DNA from: Octopus vulgaris
Taxonomy: Eukaryota
Reading direction: 5' to 3'
DNA: 64,000 bases
Assembly (NCBI GenBank): GCA_951406725.2
Contig: OX597814.1
Location: 104,160,001 to 104,224,000, forward strand
The position numbers and the translations under genes were made by a program. The notes under the pieces were generated by a model that had not been told where the DNA came from, searched no databases, and saw only the letters and a list, made by a program, of their open reading frames with translations. The stretch's first letter is position 1. Each line of letters begins with the position of its first letter. Of this stretch, positions 28,289-47,770 are shown in pieces.

Positions 28289-28290
28289 TG

Positions 28291-29440
28291 TGCTGAGTGA
28301 AAAGTTTTGCAATATTTTGGTAACTTATTTGCTTTATTCATCAAATTACAACAAAAGCTGCCTAGCATCCAAGGAAGAGGTCATTGTGTTGCCATGCCTG
28401 AAGTCATTTTTCTGCCAGTTCTTTCATACCATGCGGATACCAGTTCTTGCCCTTTGAGGCAAGGAACTTTTTCACTAGTGCTTCTTCCTCCTTTTGGTTC
28501 ATAAAGCATTTCCAGTGCAGGAAGTGAGCCATGGATTGGATTGAGCAATAATCTGAGGGGGCTAGATTTGGACTGTGTGCTGGGTGTGGCATCAATTCAA
28601 TTCCCTCAAGTCCCTGAAGTTTATTCTGGGTCATTCAACCTGTATGAGGTCTTGCGTTGTCTTGCTGCAGAAGAGCTCGCTTCCTGTTAACCAATGCTGG
28701 CTATTGTTGCCACACAATGGCATTTATCCACTCCAGTTCTTCAGAGTACAGGTTGGCATTGATGGTTTGACTGTCTGGAACCAACTCAGAGCAAATTATC
28801 CCTGCATAATTCCACCAGACACAGAGTATCACCTTATCTTTGGAACACTCATGGTTGGCAACAGATTCTGGATGCTGACCCTTGCTTAACCACTGCTTAT
28901 GCACCTTAGAATTGCAGAAAAATTATCTCTCTTGGATTATTATTTGTTCCAATCTTTGACTCACTTCCTGCAACACTTCATCAACTAGGAGGAGGTGGAA
29001 GCTTCAGTGAAGGAATTCTTTGTCACAAACGGCAAGAACTAATAGCAGCATGGGATCAAAGAACTGGCAAAAAAAGGTGGCCTCAAACATTTTGCAACCG
29101 GCACAGGTGCCAGTTGAGGCTGGCCGATTGTGGCCATTGGCAGCCTCGTCTGGCACCTGTGCCGGTGGCACGTAAAAAGCACCCACTACACTCACGGAGT
29201 GGTTGGCATTAGGAAGGGCATCCAGCTGTAGAAACTGTGCCAGATCAGACTGGGCCTGGTGCAGCTTCCTGGCTTCCCAGACCCTGGTCGAACCGTCTAA
29301 CCCATGCTAGCATGGAAAACGGACGTTAAACGATGATGATGATGGCCTCTTCTTTGAATTCTTGGCTGCTTTTGTTGTAATTTGATGAATAAAGCAAATA
29401 AGTAACCAACATATTGCAAAACCTTTCACTCTTTTCAGCA
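28291..29440 (-). mobile_element. Mariner-derived foldback element (3' end present at both termini), interrupted by an RTE-tail repeat
   Basis: minus ORFs KVILCVWWN...QTINANLYSEEL and PHPAHSPNLAPSDY; terminal arms are reverse complements. Confidence 0.85.
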
Positions 29441-29899
29441 TAACGTGTGTGTGTGTTTTCACACAGCCAGTGTGAGTCAGCATACTTGATTGATTGTCTA
29501 TCTTTTATACATGCTATAAATACACATGTGTACATTTATTATCAACACATGGTGGCTTTTATGTATACAGAGTTCATTGTTGCAGATTAAGATGAGATCA
29601 CAATGTGAAAAACAGAAATCACTTCCTTGATTCTGTTTTGAACTGAAATATGGAAATTCTAATAAATCTGTGGTAGTCAGGGAATTTCTTTAACCAGAGA
29701 CTTTACCTATGAATTCCAATTCAAAGTTAATATAAAAATAGCTTCTTTACCAAAATCTGATCAAGAAGATCTATGGCACTTAGTTTGTGGATAATCCCAA
29801 GTTGTTTGACTTGAAATTGTTCAGAAGTAGGAAATGTTATCTATAATCTTCTACTTGCTGTTGCCTGATCAGGAAGTGGGCACTAGTAGTAGCACTTTC

Positions 29900-30620
29900 T
29901 CTTAGGGTTGAACTACATCTCCCTGAGGCTCTGTCCCTGATTTGTTAATCTATAACTCTTTCTGTAACCTGTAGCTCCCTTTCTCTGGATGTACTTTAAC
30001 AATGATACTTTTCTCTGCCAATCATTGGGTGTGACACCTTCCTCTACTGAACGACTGATGCTGTGCATGATTAGCGTGTGACCTACCTTGCCACATATTT
30101 TCAGTATCTCAATGACAAGATCCATCAGTCCGACTGCCTTCATATCCTTAATGACCCTAACCTACCCCACTGCTGTCAATTTCTATTGTTGTTCCTTCAG
30201 TTGACTTTGTTTCCAGGTCATCTCTCTTCCAGGCATTCTTCAAATTCAAACACCTCTCATAAAAGCATTTCTCTGCCTCACTAAAAAAGCAGTTACACCA
30301 TCATCAGCATTTATACTTCTAATGACATCATGATTTTCTCTAGAACATTCTCTAGCAATATAGAAGACCTCACACCTGATTCCTCAAGTTGCAGAACATA
30401 AAAACCTTTAACTCCCTTCTAGCAAATGTCTCACTCCTAACTTTCTTCTATTTGATGGACATTGCTGTCTATTGCCCACTTTTTTTTTCCCAGTCTTTCC
30501 AAGCCTGTCTCTTAATTTTTATGGCTCTTTTTACAACTCTTTTAAACCCTCACCTCACCTTTTATATGGTTAAAGTCTTGCACCAGTCATAGATCTGACC
30601 TGTGGCCCCCAGGTTACCCT
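29900..30620 (-). mobile_element. Degenerate RTE LINE ORF2 fragment
   Basis: KAVG...EILKICGKVG...EGVTPNDW...KGA...SYR motif. Confidence 0.65.
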
Positions 30621-32058
30621 ATAGAAAATGCCAAATTTCTTCTTTGTCATAAGTCTGTCTTTTGCTCCTTTCAGTCAGAACTGTAACCTCATATTTATGA
30701 AGCAAATAACATAACCATTCAGCCATTCCTTCAAAGAATATACACATTCCAGGATGACTTGTCTGGAAATTTCAATGAATCTTGATAAGCTTAAATATTC
30801 AACTGTAAAACCCTTTAACGACCAATGTATGTTCATTATAATGGAAGTCGTTTTGAGGGGAGTGGGTGGTGAACGTTGGTAGAGTCTTGCTGCATTTAGT
30901 TTTGTTCTTTAGGTTGTAAGTTCAGATCCTGCCAAGGTCAGCTTAACCTTTCATTTTCTCAGAGTTAATTAAAGTACCAGTCACATACTTGGGTTGATGG
31001 TGTCAGTTAAGCTCCCACCTTTTCAAAATTGCTGACTTTCTGTCTAAACCAGAAACAATTATGTTTTCTAGGATGCTCAGTTTTCTAGACTCCCAAATAT
31101 TTTGGCAGAAATAATGTAGTTTCTTCCTGCTCTGCCTACAGAATATTTAGGTGAGACCATTATAAATCTGTGGCACTTGAGACAAAAATATGGACAGACT
31201 AGAGAAATCTGATTCTTCCAAAGATAGAGAGGAATTAAAAAAAACAAACAATGTGAATAATTTCAGAATATAGGCGTAGGCATAACTCCGTGGTTAAGGG
31301 GTTTGTTTGGTTAAGGAGTTTACTGAAGACGCCACTTTGTGGCATCTTTGGTAAATGTTTTCTATTATGATGTCAGGCCATAATAGAAGAAATTTATTCA
31401 AGACATAATAATAATAATAAAGTATTTGCTAGTGAGTGGAATTTGTAAATGGAGAATGTATGGAAACTTGAGTTTACATAGTTAGATATGTGTGCGTTTG
31501 TGTGTATCAGCATTCACATCTGTGTGTCTTTGCATTCATTCCATTTGACTGATGGTTTTGTTACATTTACATCCCACTGTGAATCATTGTTATATAGTTT
31601 GAGGATTTTGTCAAATTTTGATTTGTGAAGAGCAAGTGTAATGAAAGCACCTTACTTGGAAAACAGACCATGGCTGGTGCTAAGTAGAGCATCAAACCAT
31701 AGAGTGCTGTCACATAGAGGACGTAGATGTAGAAGCAACGATGTGGATGATGATCATGATTTAGTAGTAGTAGTAGTAATTTTGCAAAAGTGAATTGCTT
31801 TAGTTCAAAATCCAATCCTATTTAATCATCGTCATCATCGTTTTGATGTCCACTTTTTTATGCTTGCATGGGTCAGACAGAATCTGTTCCGACAGCTTTT
31901 CTATAGCTGAATGCCTTTCCTGTCACCAACCTTCACCTATTTTCAAATAAAGTAATATTCCACCACCCACCCCTGCAGTTTTTCACAGAAAACTAGAAAC
32001 AATGTTTCTGCTGATGGTGCTGATACTTCTTTACAAGACAAAGGTGTACACATACAAA

Positions 32059-32108
<50 letters not shown>

Positions 32109-32549
32109 CCCAGTGTTAGATTTTTTTTTATACACAATATACAACATTTACATACCCCTATGAAATCACAGTCCTATATATATATATACTCTTTTACTTG
32201 TTTCAGTCTTTTGACTGCAGCCTTTAGTTGAGCAAATCGACCCCAGGACTTATTCTTTGTAAGCCTAGTACTTATTCTATCGGTCTCTTTTGCCAAACTG
32301 CTAATTTATGGGGACATAAACACACCACAATTGGTCGTCCAGCAATGTTGGGGGGGGGACAAACACACACACACACATGATGGGCTTCTTTCAGTTTCCA
32401 CCTACCAAATCCACTCACAAGGCTTTGGTTGGCCCGAGGCTATAGTAGAAGACACTTGCCCAAGGTGTCACGCAGTGAGACTGAACCTGGAACCATGTTG
32501 TTGGTAAGCAAGCTACTTACCACACAGCCACTCCTGCGCCTATGTAAAT

Positions 32550-32925
32550 GAGGAAAAGGACGATAAAAACCAAGGCAGGACGAGTATCTCAAGTCATTTA
32601 CAATAATTTAATTAGAGTAAGGTGAATCTGAAGTCTTACAGCTGTTTCTTGGATATCCTAAGTGATAGGCTAGCATGTCTGTACACTGGGTGTTCCGTCA
32701 TCAGAGACAAGATGAGTATGAAAGTTCTAGACAGGGAAATTCATAGTTTATAAGGGAATAAGATAAAAGAATATGACAGGAACACCCAATGTATGGACAT
32801 GCTAGCCTATCACTTGAGATATCCCAGAAACAGCTGTAAGACTTCAGATTCACCTTACCCTAATAAAATTATCATAAATGACTTGAGATACCTGTCCTGC
32901 CTTGGTTTTTGTTGTCCTTTTCCTC
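32550..32925. repeat. About 150-bp inverted repeat (Penelope-like pLTR ends) containing a hammerhead-like motif
   Basis: arm 32550-32701 is the reverse complement of 32773-32925; spacer about 70 nt. Confidence 0.85.
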
Positions 32926-33507
32926 TAATATATACCTTCTAATATGGATCCTTAGCTCCAGCCTCAGCTGTGACCTTGGAACCTAATGGGTGACCAATTA
33001 TGGCACTTACTCAGCGTACCTATTCGTTTACATCACCAGTGAACTAAACTCCTCATATTCTACACACACACACACACAGTGGGCTTCTGTCTGCCAAATC
33101 CAGATCTACTCACATGATATTGATTGTCTTGGGGCTATAGTGGAAGATATTTGTCCAAGATGCCATGCAGTGGGATTGAACCCTTTACTACATACTTCCC
33201 AACCCAGCAGCCACATCTGCACCATTCATTTCCTCGAAATTATTTCCACAAATATTGACAGAAGGGAAATAACTTTTTGTGAAATATCATTGGAAATATT
33301 TAATATTATTTCATTGCTTTTAAATATTTTGTCAAATTTCAAACACATTTGCCATGTCTCATGTTCTAAGATGTTACACCATGTTATTCCATGATACTCC
33401 ATGACTACATTAGTGACACTTGTGTCTTACATTCCATGTTGATCCATATTAATGACATGTTTCTCCTTTATGTAAAATTTAATTCTTTTTTTTCCTTCTC
33501 ATTTCAG

Positions 33508-33563
33508 GTTATTAATATTCAAGACATCATTAGGCATCCATCCGTGGATGAGATGAAAGATGT
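33508..33563 (+). CDS. MAPK1: ERK exon, 56 nt: VINIQDIIRHPSVDEMKD(V)
   Basis: polypyrimidine-CAG acceptor; in frame with the previous exon; ends at U12-type donor GTATCCTT (33564). Confidence 0.95.
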
Positions 33564-39355
<5,792 letters not shown>

Positions 39356-40329
39356 TAACACACTTTATCTTTGCTCTTTAAACAACTTAGTAAAAATTTA
39401 AAAAAATCATCCAGTTAATCTAAATATCCAGTCTTCAGCGATAAGATGCTGATGCTACAAGCTTGCCAAAGTCAGGATTATTGATTACAAAAAAAAAAAA
39501 AGAAGAAAAAAGTCAATTTCAGTCACTTGTTCAAATTCAACAGAATATATATATATGTGTGTGTGTCTGTGTGTGTGTGTATATATATATATATGAAGTA
39601 TAAGGAAAGGAAAAATTGTAGATGTAGACAGACTTTAATTCATAATCTAGGTTGGTACGGAACCAATACACATTCTACAAATTGTTTCGGAGTTTAATTA
39701 ATTCCAAACTCAAAAACAAAGAACTCCTCATGAAATAAAAATTAGATTCTTCGTCAGGAATTACATACTGGTATGAAGAATTACATCCAACAAAAATATA
39801 CAAAGACCTTTCATAGCCCAGACGGGAATGAACAACAACAACAAAAAAAAATGGTAATGGTCGTCTCTTAAGTCTGAGAAAGATGGTTCTGCACAGATGT
39901 TTCTAGTAATCAAAATGTTCTTGTAGCACATTGCCTCATTCCCTCCATCAAATGGACATCACTTGTACTGGTGTGCAGTGTGCCAAATGCCAGATGCTGA
40001 AGTGACTACAGAGCAACGTGGAATGAAATGTTTTGCTCAAGAACACAATGCACTGCCTAGTACAGGAGTTGAACCCATGATCTTGATTGTGAGTGCAACA
40101 CCCTAACCACTAGGCCATGTGTCCACTCCTCCCTCTCTCTGTATATATATATGTGTGTGTGTGTGTCTGTGTTTATATGAGTGAGAAAATGCCAGTAAAA
40201 CATAGAAAAGGTAATCACTAGATTAGTGCTTGAGCTTGGCCTAATTCTTAAAATCCAATGTCTTAATCTTGGGGAAAATAGTCCACTGGGACATGAGTTA
40301 GTTTTAAGGAACACATAGGTTGAGCAAAT

Positions 40330-40920
40330 TATCCATTTTCCTTTGTTGGCATGGGTTGGATGGTTTGACAGGAGCCGGTAAGGCCGGGAGCCACACCAGG
40401 CTCCACTGTTTTGGCAGGGTTTCTGTGGTTGGATGCCCTTCCTAATACCAACCACTTTACAGAATGCACTGGGTGCTTTTCACATGGCACCAGCACCAAT
40501 ATCAATTCTGCTGTGGTGGACGGGTCTTCATGAGTACAGTAAGGCACCACATACCTCGGTCTTTTGTCATCTCTTTCATAAGACATAGTGTCTTGAGATC
40601 AGCCTTCGGCACTTCATTCCATGTGTTCTTGGGTCTCCCTCTTCCACAAGTTCCTTCCAGCTGGCTATATCCATATGCCTCACATGACCAAATCCGTGCT
40701 GTCTTCTCTCTTCTACATTGCATCTAATTCCTCTTATGTCTAAATTTTCTCTCAATACATTAGCACTCTGTCGCACATGTCTACTGACCTTGCACATCCA
40801 GTGGAGCATACCAGCTTCATTCCTCTCTGGTCTTTGCATGTCTTCTGCATTCAGGGCCTATCTCTCACTGCCATGTAGCATTGCTCTTTGTATGCATGCA
40901 TCATACACACACACACATAC
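40330..40920 (-). mobile_element. RTE LINE 3' end (ORF2 C-terminus plus 3' UTR)
   Basis: ERNEAGMLHWMC...LRENLDIRGIRC...FGHVRHM and GRGRPKNTW, followed by the common tggttgg...aggaagggcatc tail. Confidence 0.8.
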
Positions 40921-43900
40921 CTTTTACACTTCAACAGTGTGTTCCAATGTCCAGTGCTATATTGATTGGAGTAGAAATAGTTTTTCTGCAAAAGAACCCA
41001 AGTCTTTAAGTGAAGACAATTTCCCAATGTTGCCCCTGGTCTTTCAGGATGTGTTATGATGCTCTTTCTTTGATGAGTGTGTAAGGAATATGTACGAGTG
41101 CTCTTAAAATAGGTGCAGGAATGGAAGCTAGCTTACCAACCACATGGTTCTGGGTTCAGTCCCACTGCATGGCATCTTGGGCAAGTGTCTTCTACAATAG
41201 CCTCGGGCCGACCAAAGCCTTGTGAGTGGATTTGGTTGACGGAAACTGAAAGAAGCTCGTCGTATGTGTGTGTGTGTGTTTGATCCTCCCACCATCGCTT
41301 GACACCCGATGCTGGTGTGTTTATGTCCCCGTAACTTAGCAGTTCGGCAAAAGCAACCGATAGAATAAGTACTAGGCTTACAAAGAATAAGTCCTGGGGT
41401 CGATTTGCTCAACTAAAGGTGGTGCTCCAGCATGGCCGCAATCAAATGACTGAAACAAGTAAAAGAGTAAAATGGACTGGGTTGTTATTGTCACGTTTGT
41501 GCTGGAGTGTGTGCATGTGTTATTCCTGGGACCTGTGCATGTCTGTATGAATGATACCAGAATGCACAAGTTTAAGGTGGAGTGAAGGGGAGTTTGTTTT
41601 GTGTGTGTGGTAGACGTAACCGTAAATAGGTGCACTTGAGTCAATATAATTGTGGATAGATTCCAATTAGCATATTTAGCAATGAAAGGTAACTTCTGAT
41701 GTGAGAGACCATGATGGATTGAAGGTAGATGAACTCGTCCTACCTTCACACTAAATTTGTCATTGAAATCATTGATGACTCCCATTTTACTCTCTGCATG
41801 TTTGTATGTTGCTCTCATAAGCTTATTGTCTGATTTCCTCATTGATCACAAAATTGCTGAGCATGACACCCATATCAAAGGTTTTCTTAAAATCAACATA
41901 ATCGTTAAGTATTCCTCCTGTAGTTGCCTCACAAGGAAGAGTGTCTCTGTGGTACCCCTTCCAGGCACAAAATCCCCTCTGCATCTCATCTAGGTCTTCT
42001 CATGGATCAATTGTACTCGGTGACCTTCATAGCCTGATCCAGTAGTTTGGTTACTCTACAGCTGTTCCTCTCTCAAGGCATTTCCTCTGCCCTTGTAGCA
42101 GTTTACAACGATACTGCTGCACCAGTTGTTGGGTGTGACACAATCCTGATTGACTTGATTAATTATCCAAGTGGTTAATATATAGAAATGCCAATTAAAA
42201 TAAGAGATTATGATAAGTAACATGTCTTAATTAACATTTTCTACTTTGGCTCAAGTGTAGTTTTTTTTCATTTTTTAGGGATTAGTTTTCGTCTAAACTG
42301 AATGTACCTGGTTAGTATTTAATTAATCCAGTCAGGTAAAATTAAAAATGGAAGAAACTGAATTCTCCATAGCAAGGACAACAGAACTAAGGACGGATGT
42401 ACTCTGTCGTTTTTGCTTCTTGCTGCTGCTGATGACAGTTCGTCCTATATTGGTAGAAGGCCACAAATATATAGAGAAGGAAATGTAGTCAATTGAAGTA
42501 ACCCCTGTGTATTATTAATATTTTATAGAAGAATAAAAAGCAGGTCATGGCTCCAGCAGGATTTGAACTCAGAATATAAAGGCCCTTAGTGAAATAGTCT
42601 GTCACTTCACTGTTTCTGCTATTTCTCTCTTCTTGTCCAATAATAATAATTCTTTCTACTATAGGCACAACACCTGGAATTTTGGGGAGGGGTGGAATTG
42701 ATTACATTGACCCTAGAATACAACTGGTACTTATTTTATTGATCCTGCAAGGTTAAAAGGCAAAGTTGAGCTTGGCAGCATTCAAACTCGAATGTAAAGA
42801 TGGACAAAATGCCGCTAAGCATTTTGCTGGCTTGCCATAGTAATAGTAGTAGTAATAATAATAATAATAATATACAGTAAATATTCAATGAAATAAACCC
42901 TCACCACATCATGTCCTCTACAGGCCGGATATCAAGCAGAACAACACAACTCACATTACACACAATACAAACACTAAAACAACAAAAAACTGTAACCAGA
43001 CACCATAACAAAACAAACTGATGCAATACAATGCTGGGAAGAGTTTGTACTCCCCTAACAACAACAACAAAACCATTCACACTGTTACACACATTCCAAC
43101 AATACGGTGGTGTTGCAGAAATTTGCCTGAAACTATCAAATGTTGAATAATAATAATAATTGTTTCTAACATAGGCATAAGGCTAGAAGTTTGGGGAGAG
43201 ATGGTTGGTAAATGAAGTCAGCTTTAGTATTTGATTGGTACTTTATTTCATTGATCCCAGAAGGATGAAATATGAATTTGACGTTGGTGAGATTTGATCT
43301 TAAAATGAAAATAATAAATATTGCAAAATGTTTTTGCCTAACGCCATAATGATTACAACAGTGGTGGTGATTATTGTTTTATTTGAGAAAAGAACATTTT
43401 ACTAATGTTAAATTAGTAAATACTGTGGAATTATGCTTTGTGAATGGTTTCTTGAGTAACAAACACACAAGCTGGGAGGAGAGGCATTAGTTGGTGCCTG
43501 GCTTTCACTCAGAGCACATCCCTGCTTGAATTTGCCATACCTTCTCTGGAATTTCCTATGGGAAAAATAGTTTTGGTTCATGAACATTTCAGGTTTGGAA
43601 ATTAATTAAATTCATAAACCAAGGTTCTAGTGTCATGTCAAAAGCACCCATGCTGGTACCCTGTAAACAGCACCCGTTACATAAAAAGTGTGCAGTACAC
43701 TCTGTAAGGTGGTTGGCATTAAGAAGGGCATCCAACCATGTCAAGACAGACAACTGGAGCCTGGTGCAGCTCTGCAGCCTACCAGCTTCTGTTCAAATGT
43801 CCAGCCCATGGAAAATGGATGTTAGCCCAGTACACTCTGTGGAGTGGTTGGTGTTAGAAAGGGCATCCAACCATAGAAACCAAGCCAAAATAGATTATGG

Positions 43901-45795
43901 AACATAGTACAGCCCATGACTTCCTTGCCAGTTCCTGTCAATCGGTGCAACCCATGCCAGCATGGAAAATGGACGTTAAAGGTTGATGATGATGAAGGTT
44001 CCACTGTATTTTATATTTTGATGGGGATACATTGCAATAAGAGTTTATTTTACTCTAATTTTCTGTTTGTAAATTAGGCATTTAGAATCATTTGACGATT
44101 GCCATCACCACCACCACCACCTAATCAATAATAACCATCTGTTTCCCTCTTGTTTTATCCATTACACTTTGCAAGGCAGTTCAATATTTTCAATATTATT
44201 TCTGTTTTTAGTTTGTATGCAAGTTAATATTTGGTGCAAACACTCCAAAGTATGTTGTAAAGTTCATTTAACACATCTACAATTTATTCATTCACTCATG
44301 TGAATGATACTGATTGTATTATCCCAAGTTTGTGCATCTATATCATCATCATAACATCCATTTTCCATGCTGACATAGGTCAGATGGTTTGATCAGATCT
44401 GGCAAGTTGGAGACTGCACCAGGTTCCAGTCTGATTCAGCTTGGTTTCTAAGGCCGGATGCCCTTCCTAATGCCAACCACTTCACAGTTGGCGCTGGGTG
44501 CTTTTAACATGGTGCCGGCACGAGCACCTTTACACAATGCTGGCATAAGTTCTTTTTATGTGTCACGGACTCTTGTACACCAATCCTCTTTGCCAGGGGA
44601 GGGACTGGCCTTAACGCTTCCTCTGTAGAGGGTTTCCTGGAGTACAGCAAGGTGCCAGGTATCTCGGTCCTTTGTCATCTTGTCTGAAAGGTTCATCCTT
44701 CATCCCATGTCTTCCTGTGTGTGGATGTTTTTACTCACGTCTTGCTTTCATATAGCAACTTTAAAGGAAACTCTAAGCCAGTGTTTCATCACTTTTTCCT
44801 ATATTCCATTCCATTTATCACTTCACCATCCTATTTCCACCTCTCCCATAATAAAATGTTGTCTTGTATACATGACAGCCTCATATAAATCTTCTGTACA
44901 ACACTATTACATTACATTAACAACTTTATATTAAAGTGGTCTTTTAAAGCTCTTATACTAGTCTTATATGTAACACTGTTGCATAACATAAAAAGCCCTT
45001 ATATTGAACTAGTGTAACATATATATATAGCATCATTTATTAATATTAGCAGCTTTTTATTAAAGTAGTTTTGTGTACAAAACATTAAAACATAGCATCA
45101 AAAGTCCTTGTATTAAAATAGATTTGTACCTAGCTTCCATGCCGGTGGCATGTAGAAGGCACCATTCAAGCGTGATCGTTACCAGCATCTGTGCCGGTGG
45201 CATGTCTAAAAAGATTCGAGCAAGGTCATTGCCAGTACCGCCTGACTGTCCACCGTGCTGGTGGCACATAAAAGCACCCACTACACTCTCGGAGTGGTTG
45301 GCGTTAGGAAGGGCATCCAGCTGTAAAACCTCTGCCAGATCAAGATTGGAGCCTGGTGCAGCCATCTGGTTAACCAGCCCTCAGTCAAATCGTCCAACCC
45401 ATGCTAGCATGGAAAGTGGACGTTAAACGATGATGAGGATGATGATGACAACTGTATATCATTAAAAGGTTTATATTAGTCTTGCTTACATTAGTATTAA
45501 CCTGACGCTAACAGCTCTTATCTGAAAAAATGTTTTAAAGGCATAAATAATTTTACATGCATTTTGCATAAAATTAAATGCCATTATTATTAATTTAGCA
45601 TCCTTTCAATCCACATGAAGGAAAATAAATCTCACACAATAATTGTGTGAATGGTGATAAAAGAATTTTTCAGCCTTAAGATCCCTTTTCCTATTGGAAT
45701 CATGAAATTTCTCCACAGTGAACAACTGCCAGAGAAAATATTCCAGTTTAACATGAATGGTTCAGTTGTTATTGCTGTTTCTTTTACCATTTTGA

Positions 45796-46005
<210 letters not shown>

Positions 46006-46073
46006 TGATATGTGTCTACAGACATATGCAGAATAAAACACTCTTTCTCTTGCTTTGTATGCGTGTATATATA

Positions 46074-47317
46074 TGAGGGGCGTTCAATAAGTAATGCACC
46101 TGACCCACTTCCCATAGCAGTAGAGCAACGACACTTGGCACAGTTATTAGTCTTTTCCTACATAGGAACTACCCAGAGTTATGCATTTCTCCCATCGTTT
46201 GATACAGCTCTGGAGACAGTTTTTGTAGAAGACCCCAGCTTGGTCCTCCAACCACAACGTGACTTCAGAAATCAAGGCTGCATCATCTGGGAAACGCTTT
46301 CCTTTCAAAATCAACTTCATGGCTGGGAAGAGGTGAAAATCAGAGGGTGCAAGGGGAGGAGTTCATAGCTGCACGCCTGTGCTTCTGATCTGGCGACACG
46401 CGAGTTGTGGACCGGAGCGTTGTCCTGCAGGAGGAGGATGCCTTTGCTGATCTTGCCCCGCCTCTTGATTTTGATAGCTTCTCTTAATTTCCTCAAAAGT
46501 GAAGCATAATAGGCTCCTGTAATTGTGGTACCCTTTGCCAGGAAATCTGTCATCACTACTCCGTCCTGGTCCCAGAAGACTGTGACCATAACCTTGTCAG
46601 CAGAGGGCTGCACCCTTGCCTTCTTTGGAGGAGGTGAGTCACAGTGCTATCACTGCATTGACTGGGCTTTGGTCTATGGATCATAGTGATGGACCCAGGT
46701 TTTATCCTGTGTGATCAGTCTTTTGAAAAATTTTGACTCATCTTCTTGGCACATCTCCAAATTCATCCTCGAGCACTCAACGCGTTCTTGCTTCTGGAAA
46801 GGTGTGAGCAACCTGGAAATCCATCTGGCATACACCTTTTGCATATGCAAATGGTCATGAATGATAGTTTCCACAGACCCGGTACTAATCTTGACCTTAT
46901 GGGCTATTTGGCGAATAGTTATGCGTTGACCTTCCAAAATGGCAGCCTCAACTTGACGGACAGACGTCTCATCAACGGCAGAAGGGGGCGACCAGATCTG
47001 GGAGCTGTTTCCACAGAGTTCCGACTATGTTTGAATTCACAATGCCAGCGTTATACAAGGTCATATGATGGGGCATCATCACCATAAGTTACTTTCATTT
47101 CATCAAAAGTCTCCCGTGGTGTGCGTCCTTTCAAATACAAAAACCAGATCACTGCTCGACACTCAACAGGCTCCATTTCACACTTGACTCAGTTCAAACA
47201 CCTGTAATCAGAAACCACAATTAGTTCAGAGCTGTAATTCGCCACTTAATCTATAGAGGTATAAATAAGTGCACAACTCCAAGTGGGTCAGGGGCATTAC
47301 TTATTGAACGCCCCTCG
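46074..47317 (-). mobile_element. Near full-length mariner (irritans/Himar1/Hsmar2-like), 1244 bp
   Basis: 37-bp TIRs YGAGGGGCGTTCAATAAGTAATGCMCCTGACCCACTT (35/37 match), TA at both flanks. Confidence 0.95.
46147..47176 (-). pseudogene. Disrupted mariner DD34D transposase
   Basis: MEPVECRAVI...RSGRP, WISRLL, TQDKTWVHHYDP, LLQDNAPVH, LAPSDFHLF, RWEKCI; in-frame TAA at 47051-47053 and deletion of the HPPYSPD motif. Confidence 0.9.
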
Positions 47318-47346
47318 TATGTGTGTGTGTGTGTGTATATATGTAT

Positions 47347-47770
47347 ACAGAGTGCAAGAATTATATGAGGACATATTTGGTAATTAAATAAAACAACTCT
47401 AATCTGGCAAAGATTGATAGAATAATCTCATAAGATTATTCTATGAATCTGCCTTTAACCTCAATGACCGCTTCAGTGTGGAACCAGAATTGCTGACACG
47501 CCTGCGCTAAACGGTCCTGGACAGGCAGCCATCAGGGAAGCCATAGTATTTTGAGAAAGTCGATTATTGTCCCTTTCAACCATGCTTCATGATATTTTAA
47601 TCTGATGAGTTTTGGGCCCAGAGGTTGGATGTTACATGATTAAGATTCTTTGATTTCTGTGAGGTTTGTGAGAAAGAGGCTGAATCTTGTTGACAGACAT
47701 TTAAGCCTTTGATTGCATACTTCATCCATCCAGGGCTTAACCCCTGTCTCCGGCACCATAACCATCAGCA
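47347..47770 (-). mobile_element. Tc1/maT (DD37D-like) transposase 3' remnant
   Basis: VKPWMDEVC, QQDSA, WAQNSSD and ACQQF...EAVIEVKGRFIE* on the minus strand. Confidence 0.6.

Noticed and set aside
30142-30149. ATATCCTT as an AT-AC U12 donor
   Set aside because: Lies within an antisense RTE fragment with no upstream exon; likely chance
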